Part shown: positions 54,562 through 64,000 of the stretch, piece by piece
Numbering within the stretch: the first letter of the stretch is position 1
Layout: every line of letters starts with the position of its first letter
Assembly: GCF_022539665.2 (NCBI RefSeq)
Contig: NC_081334.1
Location: 1,116,001 to 1,180,000, forward strand
DNA: 64,000 bases
DNA from: Daphnia carinata
Taxonomy: Eukaryota
Direction of reading: 5' to 3'
Notes under the pieces: generated by a model
Seen by the model: only the letters and a program-made list of their open reading frames with translations
Told to the model about the DNA's origin: nothing
Database searches by the model: none
Position numbers and translations under genes: made by a program

Positions 54562-56824
54562 CTAGGAGTCTTCGAATCTCTCGGAGAGGCGGGCGCGAAC
54601 TACAGGAACGCCACGTGTTTTCCTTGGTGAATTTAAGCACTTAGCTATGGAAGATACTCGCGGAGAATGTGGATGAGTTTCTGGCAACGGAGATTTCAGA
54701 GCACTACTCATGATGTTAGCCCTAGCCGGAGTTTTCAGCCTAGTAAAACGTGATGAATGTTATTTGTAAGTTACGCCAAACCTGTTTTCAATGTTAATGC
54801 TTACTTGTTAAGGTGATCTTCGTTATATTGCATCATATTTTCTTTCCACATCGACACATTGGGATACTTTAAAAAATCTAATTCAACATTTACTAGTACT
54901 CGAAGTACATCGACATCAGTTTTGCTTGGTTGCGAACTGGTAACGAAGTTCACGACATTATTAGGCTGAATGGATTTAAATATATATATGATGACTTACC
55001 CGAAAATGTAAAATGGTGATATTTCGTAGAAAGTAGCGGGTGGAGTAGACGGCGGGGTAAAAAACTCGTCATTTCCGTTTTCAAGTATCTCGGGAGACTG
55101 AAGGTGCAGTTGGCTCAATTTGTTGCAAAGATCCGATAACGGGCTTTTGGCTTCCAGATTGGAAGAAGCCTGACACTCTTCTGCCTCACTTCGCTTTCGG
55201 CGAAAATAGTTTTCTAGTTTCCTCAACCCTTCACTGGAGCATAGATCACAAAATTCATCAAGGAATTTCCAGTACTCACTCCATGGTACATTTAGGTCTT
55301 GCGCAATATTACGGCCCACACGTTCGAGGCCCTTGTCGATATCCGATAACCTACTGTCCATCATTTTTTTCGGTGTCATTTTTTTATCACTGAGTCGATT
55401 CTGATAAAACTTGGGAACAGGTGGAGTTTTCATTTGTTGATAAAATAGTTCTGCTTCGACTGGTGACATAGGACCAGCTAGTGCTTGAAGCATCATCTGC
55501 GAATCAACCGGATACTTTTGATGGCTCTGTAGAATATAGATTTTCCAAAACATCAAGAGCCGAAAATACTATTTTAATACACAATTGTGAATCCAAGTAT
55601 CTTTCATTGTACGTTGTTGTTTTTAAATCTAAGAGCTGATGCTAGGCTATATCGTAGTAAACACGATAGAAAAACATACAGTGAAAGAAACTTAGACCCA
55701 CTAAGGCTATATAATTTTAAAACACATATTTTTGTACCAGAGGTGAGTTTGGCATTAGAGATTCTGGCGATCTTGGAGTAACATCTGGTGACCATGGCTT
55801 GCCAATGCGGGCTGGAGATGAAAGGTCTATTGGTCTAAGTACTGGTACAAAATATCTTTGGCTTAGAAGGGATCTCATTTGTGCTTCTAATTCTGGTGAA
55901 GGATTTTTACAAGAAGAACAGATAATCTAAATGGAAACAAATGAATTATTTCAGTTTTATGTAGTAGTTAAAACATGACATGATTTACTGACATCAGCAG
56001 GTGTTTCTCCTCTAGTATTTTTGCGTTCTCGATCACATTCGGGAAAAGAAAGGAATAATTCTAAAATATTCAACAACCCAAACTTTGATGCAAAATGCAG
56101 AGGAGTTTCATTAAGGAATTTATCAGGTGTGTTTAGATAGGTGTCTAGTAAATAAAACATGCGATTTTTCCGTACATGCTCCGCATCATTTCTGTTTTTG
56201 AATATACATAATGCAGGTGTTAGAATATTTGGCAAAAGAAGTTATCCAAATATTATTGAGTGATTTACTTACACATACAAGAGCCCTATGAAGCTTGGAT
56301 CAGTAATTGTATCTAAAAGAGCTCTGCAGATGGGAAAGGATTTTTTAAAGGTTGCCAGTAAAAGACCATGATATCTGTAGCGTTCTCTGATCATTGTGGG
56401 TGTATCACCTGCACTTATGAGGAATCTGAAACATTCAACATCAGTTAACTGGCAAACAAAAATTTAAGGTCAAACTCAAAAATTTTACTTACCTCGGATT
56501 TTTCCAAACAAGGAACAAAAATTCTTCACAGTTTCCTGTTTCTATAGTTCTTCGAAAAAGCAATAGTTCTTGAGGGCTTGGATTAGGGAATGGTAATTTC
56601 TCACTTGGTAATTCTTTTATTACGACATCGGTTTCAGGTTGGGTTTGTTTTGTTTGAGTAAACAGAACGGCTTCATCGCGCTCCGTAAAGCATTTAAACC
56701 GAGCTCCTTTAAATTTTTTGCAAATTTTCAAAGCTTCAACTCGATCCTCGAAAACCAAGTCTGTCTGCTGTCCTTGTTCCTGCCCCTCCAGTAAAGAAAC
56801 ACCGTAAAATGTTGTTCCGCTCAT
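54562..56824 (-). CDS. ANKLE2: Ankyrin repeat and LEM domain-containing protein 2-like
   Basis: N-terminal FYGV...VFEDRVEALKICKKFKGARFKCF domain, VWKNPRFLISAGDTPT, YLNTPDKFLNETPLHFASKFG, ALAGPMS, DIDKGLERVGR...VPWSEYWKFLDEFCDLCSSEGLRKLENY. Confidence 0.92.
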
Positions 56825-58328
56825 TGTTATGAATTCCGACTAGTTATGTCACCTAGTGAACCATCTTATAAAAAGCGAAACTGTTATGAAATGGAAATTA
56901 ATAAACGTTGCTTTTCTCTAGCAGACTTTACCAGCTTTATTTGTATCTGGAGTTTGGGATAAGCAACGTTGCCAGCAAAGAAAAATGGAAGGCAGCTAAA
57001 CTCTTTGGGGAATTTAGCTTTTGCAGTGTCAATTTTGCCAAAAAGGTTAGTATCAGTCCAGTTCAAGTCTAACTGGTTCGTCCATCGTCGCGTTAAAATT
57101 ATGTAGCAACTAGTTAAATTTGCACTTTGATGTATTGTAAACATGATCAAGTTATTTGCATGAATGTAATATATACTAAAGCAGTAAAGGCGGTATTTCA
57201 GAGGTGAAGTGAAGAACGAAGAATTTATTTTCAGCGTCAGAATTCGTGTCTCGTCTTTTCTTAAAAGAAAAAACTTCTTTTGAGATAACCGCTAGTTTTT
57301 GTAGTAGAAGTAGGAAACCGACCGGTTTTAACAATTCGAGGTCGAACAGCACAAATTTACCGAGAAGTTTTTTAGGTCCCCTCCATCATAAACTAGTCTT
57401 GATTTGAAATTCTATGCGTGCCTGAGTGTATTAAAATCAACGTGGGAAAGAAAAATTCGGATGTCAAAACCAATCGGTTGAGTCCTGTCGTGCACCTGTA
57501 CAAACTTCCAGGTCTGTTTTTCTCCTCGTGTTCATGACATTTAAGAAGCAACTAAGTGCATAAAAGGAGATTATTATTTCTGCTGAGCTCATTAGCTATA
57601 AAAGAAAAGTGATTAAGAAAAGTTGCATCGCTGTGTAGCCTATGCGTTGTTTTCAACTAAAATTGGTTGAATCGTTCGGTTGTATGGAGTAGGTGTAATG
57701 GTGAAAACCGGTGCATGACTGTCTTCCAGTACCATCAACGAAATTTCAACCCACCAAAGACGTAAAGCGTTCGAATTTCATCCAGAAAACTGAACTGAAC
57801 ATTAGTAATAGGCTTAGTGATAACTTGGCAGTTGGTAGGGCTGTCTCATCAGAAAAAGCTGTACACAGCCAACGAGACAAGACGCAATCGGGCCGGTACC
57901 CCAGCAGGCCTGCCCTGGCATGCATGGATCTGCGCCCAACGCTTCACCTAGCAAGAACTGGCTTTGGCGCCTTCAGTGCCTTAATACAACTACGGGCATT
58001 GTCAATTCTGTTTTGCCGTTTTTCGTGTTCAGTAAAGTGTTTGTGCAGTGTGTGTGTGTGTGTGTGTGAATGTGTGTGTGCAAGAAGTTTTGTAAGCGCG
58101 GACGTTCGGAAATGGCGTGGCGATGGTTGTGAAAACTGGGAAACATTAGTGTATTAACTACCGTCCTGCCAATAAAGTGAATCGGCAGCCATCATTCGGC
58201 TGATGAAACAAGTTTTTCCACCACCACTGTTGACGAACTTAGACAAGAGAAAAGTGAACTCTCGTGAAAGAAAAGGGTAGAACGTATAAAAGACACGTAG
58301 CCCAGAACCAAGAGTCACAGCTAATCAA

Positions 58329-61300
58329 ATGAGTGAGCCCAAACGGATAGCCCTGATTCCGCTGGCAGCAGCAGAAGCAGCGCAAGCACCATTGCCGGCC
58401 AAAAAAGACAAGAAATCCACAACTACAATTGTCAAAACGCATCGTTTTACTTTGACGTTACCCGACTCTACAGAGAAATCTTGTCCAGAATTCAACTTTG
58501 CCGACCTCATATCTGCTCTGACGGTAACCCCTTGTGTGGTTTTGTTTTGTTTTCTTGGCTTCAGAGGTGTTTTAGGTAGTGAAATGATAGAGGGCCAAGA
58601 AATGTTACAGTTGGATATTAGGTTTCATGTGTGTCGTTGTAGCTTAGATTTATTTCAAAGTAGGGTTCATTTGAGTGCATTCACGCCGTCTGCTCCATAC
58701 TTTGTGAAAGTGGCATTTAAAATGAAACTGACAGCAGGTCGCCATGTTTTTGTCTTGTATCAAGCAGGAGAGAGGACAGTGGCCCCGCTCAGAGGAAGAG
58801 TTGGCGGGGCCTCTTCGAAGTTTCTTTCTTTCGCATGGTTTCACCTCCTCACCGTGTGTATTTTCTTACTCTCGCCAATCAACCCAACTCCAGTGCAGCA
58901 TTCTTTGTATCGATTCAGTGCATTAGGATAGCATTAGTTAAAGTTTTTTTTCTTCTTCAATCGACGTTTGCGGGATAGTGAGAGTGACGGGTTTTCAATT
59001 CGTTGGCATCGTTGCCGCATTGCTTTGCAATTGTCGTTACTCGCGTACAGGACGCTGTTACCACCAAAAAGTAATCTTCGTTTTCCCAGTTCTTATGGAC
59101 GTTGGAGTTAGATTGAAAGAGCGCCATTTTTGTCTCTTATTGCACCTCGTCTTTATGGCGGCGGAGCGGGCGACTAAGTACGGATGAGTCACCTGGCGCT
59201 AGATCGTTGAGTTATCTCATTCATCTTCGTTTACATTGTTTAAATTTTAGTAATGATTAATATTTTTTGTTATTGTTGTATAATATTAAATTCGTGCAGT
59301 GTGTTGTTATAAAAAAAATCCCTTTTTTAATCTCGGAATATTTTTACTACACTAGACTGTTTAAGGAGTTAAATGATATTTGATTACTAGGAAATAAAAG
59401 CATAATGAATCATACGTTTGGGGGATTTAAAGGGGATTGAATAGAATGTCAATGTTATCTCCGCAAAGTGGGAAAAGTTTAAAATGAAATATCAACTTCA
59501 AGGAAGTCAATATAGCTTTTTCTTTTTGTAACTATTTTGAAACGGACATGTGTATTTATATTCTTTGGAAGGAGAATCAACGTAATAGGGAGGCAGTCGG
59601 TGGAACTGTGTGAATTAGCCAAGTGTTTTCTTGCAAATTAGTAGAGGTCCTGTCGCTCACATTCCTCTACTATCTTAATATCGATCTCCTTCAAGGATTT
59701 TACCGCTAATTTTCCGAATTGGTGTCAAGGTAACATTTTGTGAAAAATAGTTTCTTAGAAGCAATGCACAAATGTTCAAATCGGCATGTTTTACTTGCTT
59801 TACTTGTGCATTCAATGATGTATGAAAAATGGGTCTGTAAATAGCTTGGTATAAAGTATGCAACCAATGTCTCAAATTAGGCGTGAAGGTCATTTTACCG
59901 TCCATCTGTTCCCCATTAAGTTTTTCAAAAGCGGTGCCGTAATTTGTTACATAAATTGAAGACTTTGATAAAGTATTGAACTTTCTTTCGTCTGGTTTAG
60001 AAAAAGAAGGAAAGTCACGCAACGAATGGTTCTACTCCCGCAGTTTCGACAGGGCCTCTACTCGATCCGTTTGCAGAAGATGATGAAGATCAACTTCGCG
60101 GCATTGCAAAGAAGTTTGAAGAAAAATATGTGAGTTATATTTTTAATATAATTTTTATTATTATTCTTTTTCTTATTTTCTTAATTTGCCACGTTTGTCT
60201 TTTAGGGTTTGCCTGCCGCGAAAAAGAAAAAGTCACGAAAGTATGATGATTATGTCGATCTGGGGGCTGGTTATGATGAAAACGATCCCTTTATCGACAA
60301 CACTGATGCGGTAACCAGCATTTTTAAAAGCATAATTTAAAAACAAAGTTAATTTCAAAATCGTTTTGGGTCTCACAGTACGATGAAATAGTTCCTGCTG
60401 AAGTAACAACGGCCCATGGCGGATTTTACATTAATTCAGGAGCACTCGAGTTCAAACCGGTAGAAAAACGTTCCGATTCTGAATCCGAGTCAGAGTCGGA
60501 AAGTTCCGAGTCTGATTCTGAAGATTCTCTCTCTGAAGCCAGCACCACTCCTATTAGTACAAACAAAAAACGGAGGGTCAGTTTCCACATGTTATTCATT
60601 CCAAGTACAAGAGTACTGAGCGATTTCTTTACTGTAGGTAATTGAGTCGGACGACGATGACTCACCTGAGGAAATCCAACTAAATGGATCTGAAGGAGAA
60701 GAGACAGATGTCAAAAAGAAAAAGCTTCGGTTGGATGACAGTGGAAACGTCCAGCAGGCTAAAAGAAAGAAAATGTCTTCCCCGCTTGAGACTAGTGTCA
60801 CTGGGGAAGCCAGCTCAGTTTCTTCTAAAAAACCCCGACCTAGTGTGAAAGAACTATTGCAGCAAAAACGGGAACATGAAAAAGCTACCCCGGATATTGC
60901 TGAAAAACCCGTCACCAAGAATCTTAATAACAACGTTTCAGTTACTCCAACTGCCGTCGTGACTACCCCGCCAGTGCCGAAAGACGTATTACAGTTGAAG
61001 CGAGATAAAGAGAGGGAAGTCGTCGACTTGTCAGTAGGAAGTAAAACTACACCCGAAACAGCTGTCGTCACAACCGATTCGTCGTCGGATTCGTCAGACT
61101 CCTCATCGGACTCATCCGAGTCTGAAAGTGGAGGTGACGAGGATGAAGACGGTAGAGATGCGGATGCGATGAAGGGAGAAAATGATCCTGATGCCAAACT
61201 GCCTAATAATTTAACCCCCGCTACATTGGCGGTCATCGAAGATATTAAAAAAGCAGCGGCGTCTTCAGATCAGCAAGGAAAATGTCGTTTCTTCTCAACG

Positions 61301-64000
61301 GAGATTAATCGTCTTCTTTTGGCGTAACTAATATTTAGATTTTTTTTTCTGAATGTATTCGTTGGCAGTAACGAATGCAATTTTCATTAATTGAATAGTA
61401 TTGAGTTACAGGCCCGACAGTATTCGTGCAGTAAGAGACAAGCCATCTATACCCATTTGACTGGTTTTCTTCCATGTACAAAACACACACTACTCAAACG
61501 AGCCAAGAATCTAGTTTTGGAAGATGTTGAATCGAAATTAAAACCGGCTATTCGAAAGTAGGATTTTACAAATGTTCTGTGAAATCCTTTTGCAACTTTC
61601 AAATAATATTTTCTTCTAAAATTAATTCAAAAGGTTGCAGGTGTCTGTTGAAAAAGTCATTGCTGAACAAATTGAACGACATGCCACTCAATGCCAACGG
61701 TTAGCAGATGCCAAGTAAGTAGTTTCTTCAGTCCTCTATATCAAGATTCTTCTTTATGTGGTCGTGCGAATCCATTTTGTTCTGTTTGAGTCTTAATCAT
61801 TTGTTTCTTATCCTTGCTCGTCAACCTCTCTCGTTTGGGTGGCTGTTTCGGTACACAGTCCGGAGAGGTACCTCGAGTATTATCGCTACGTGTGGTAAGA
61901 ATTTTTTTGACCACTCGGGTTTAGATTGCAAGGTCTTAGGTTGGCTGTTAACCTGACCCTATTGTTTTGTGAGCTTTTGGGCGTGTTCACTGCACTTGGT
62001 AGAAATCACCGAACATTAAGACGATGTGAAATTTCAGGCTTCGCTGCTAAGGCACATCTGTTTGATCCATTCCGAGACAATTCCGACCCTACACAACATT
62101 CAAAGAATCAGACATATGATCAATGGACAAAGTGACTAATACGTTGGAAACCTATTGCTTTGGGTTGAGGTTACTAATGACGTACGCTAATTTCAAATAC
62201 CCGTCTTTAATGTTTCACGCTTTACATCACCCCGATTCTTGTGTATGTGACGGACACTAGGTTTTGCGGAAGAAAATCTAAATTGTGTGGCATGGCTTTT
62301 TTTTTTCATGTCCATCGTGTGGATCGTCAGCTTTGGGCTGAGATTTATTAACGAAAAAATAATTCTCGCATTTTACGAATGAGCCTTAACATACAGTTCT
62401 TTTGTAACTCGTATTTTGTGTAGGGATCCTGAATTAGAACCTGCTGGGGGAACGGATGACGAGGACAAAAAACCAGAGAAAAGTAACAAAACACCACAGC
62501 CTCGCAGAAGATTCCAATGGAGTAAAGAAATGCGGTAATATATCTTAAAATAACTAATTATATCCATTCATTGTAAGCAATTTGTTTTTCTTTTCCTCTA
62601 GATCAATATTGAACCAAGTGGTTTACTTAAAAGCCGAGTGCTTCAACTGGTCAAAACTGCGAAAGGAAACTGCTGCTGAGTACCTGCTTCGTTTCCTAGA
62701 TTCAGAAATCCGACTACTCTGGCCGAAAGGTTGGATGACGGCAAAAATTCTCTTCAAAGAAAGCCAAGAAGCTCATTCCTTTGTGACGTGAGTTTTTGTT
62801 TAATTTAGATAGATAATAATAATTTGTACCAAAAATCCGGTTAGTCCACGCATTTCGTTTTGTTTTTTTTGTTTTTTTCTAATAGATCGAAATCAAAATT
62901 GAATCCAGCTGTTAAAAAACCTAGCATTCCTCGCTCAGGATTAGTTGATGCTTTGGCACTACCGTCGCCAGTTGCTCCGTCCACACTGTCCCAAAATGCT
63001 ACAAATACTCCGCCATCTTTTGTCTCTAAAGAGATAAAGAAATCTCAGCTCAAAGATCGGATGTCATCGGCACTAGCACAACCTGTAGCTCGGCAAGATT
63101 CCAACTCTGTCCACCATCGAAGCGATTCTGCACCCAACTTATCCTCAGGAAAAGCTGAAAAATCTCGGTCAGAAGTGAACGTACCCACCATTAGGCCGGA
63201 CAATGGCGCCAAGTTAGATGTTACCAAATATCGTCCACGGCCAGACCCGACGTGTTCTGCCGCACGAACAGAAATTCATCACATAACTAAAGATCCTAAC
63301 AAGTCTAGTTTTCGCCAAAATGAGAGTCCTCATTCCACTAATCACAGTAGAGTGACCGATGCCAACCAAACGAATAATTCGAAATCGGACCACCCGAGTG
63401 ATCTTGTGAAGCCGAAAATCGAGGGGGCCACATCCAAAGCCAACCCTGTTCACGTTCGATCTGATTTAGGCATCGTTAAAAGCGACGCTCCTCAATCTAC
63501 AAAGCCTAATAAGGTTGACTCGATCAAACCGCGCCACGATTCAAATTCGATTTCACGTGGAATGGAGAGCAACAAACAATCAAGATCAGACAGTGCCGCT
63601 TCATCTGAAGTGAAATTGAATTCAGTTTTACGTGGACCGGATAGCAGTAAACAGTCCCGATGGGATAACGTCTCATCGGCTGAAGTGAAAAATCGTTTTG
63701 ATCATGGACAAACTGTGACGAAAGTTGATCCAGCTCAGAATAAAGTTGATGTTATCCCGTCCGACGGAAACTCCACGAGCAACTCAAAAGTGGGCAAAAC
63801 CAGCAAACCTGTTCCAACCGTAAGCGCATCTCTAGCTAACTCTCTAGCCTCTTTCGTGGATTCGGGTCTGCGTTGGACGGATAGTATTCCAGGTGTGTTG
63901 GACCTTAGCGATGATCAACAACAACCTCGACCTACGTCAAAAGCAGCTGAACCTTCTACCCGAGCAGATTCGCATTTCGTCAAGGATCCTGTTCCAAAAT
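58329..64000 (+). CDS. UBN1: Ubinuclein/yemanuclein (HIRA complex H3.3 chaperone), multi-exon, runs off the window
   Basis: [35 protein letters not shown] domain [44 protein letters not shown], middle domain [41 protein letters not shown]. Confidence 0.92.

Noticed and set aside
58524..58931. Extension of the 200-aa ORF at 58329
   Set aside because: Ubinuclein similarity stops at the GT donor near 58524; the rest is intron read-through

Overview
Eukaryotic, intron-rich animal DNA. Short (~55-75 bp) GT-AG introns, compact gene spacing and a CCHC-knuckle Vasa suggest a branchiopod crustacean such as Daphnia; this is an inference. From ~12.9 kb to the end the window holds ordinary conserved genes: a nompA-like PAN/ZP protein, a phospholipase C delta-like gene, a PCTAIRE kinase (CDK16/17), MCM2, SLC13/INDY, VPS37A, ANKLE2 and a 3'-truncated ubinuclein/yemanuclein. 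The first ~12 kb is an accessory region of decayed, intron-containing ORFs, including a truncated vasa pseudogene. Its most striking feature is a ~380-nt GC-rich multi-hairpin element present three times (3676-4056 +, 4969-5350 -, 8694-9060 -). Each copy lies just 3' of a decayed ORF, the copies show compensatory stem changes, and each has a degenerate tRNA-like A/B-box module facing its distal end. Copies 1 and 2 form a ~533-bp, ~96% identical inverted repeat around three tRNA-like modules. I could not assign the element to a known RNA or transposon family; it is the best candidate here for an undescribed structured RNA or gene-capturing mobile system. Gene spans were assembled by eye from ORFs and splice sites, so exon boundaries are approximate.
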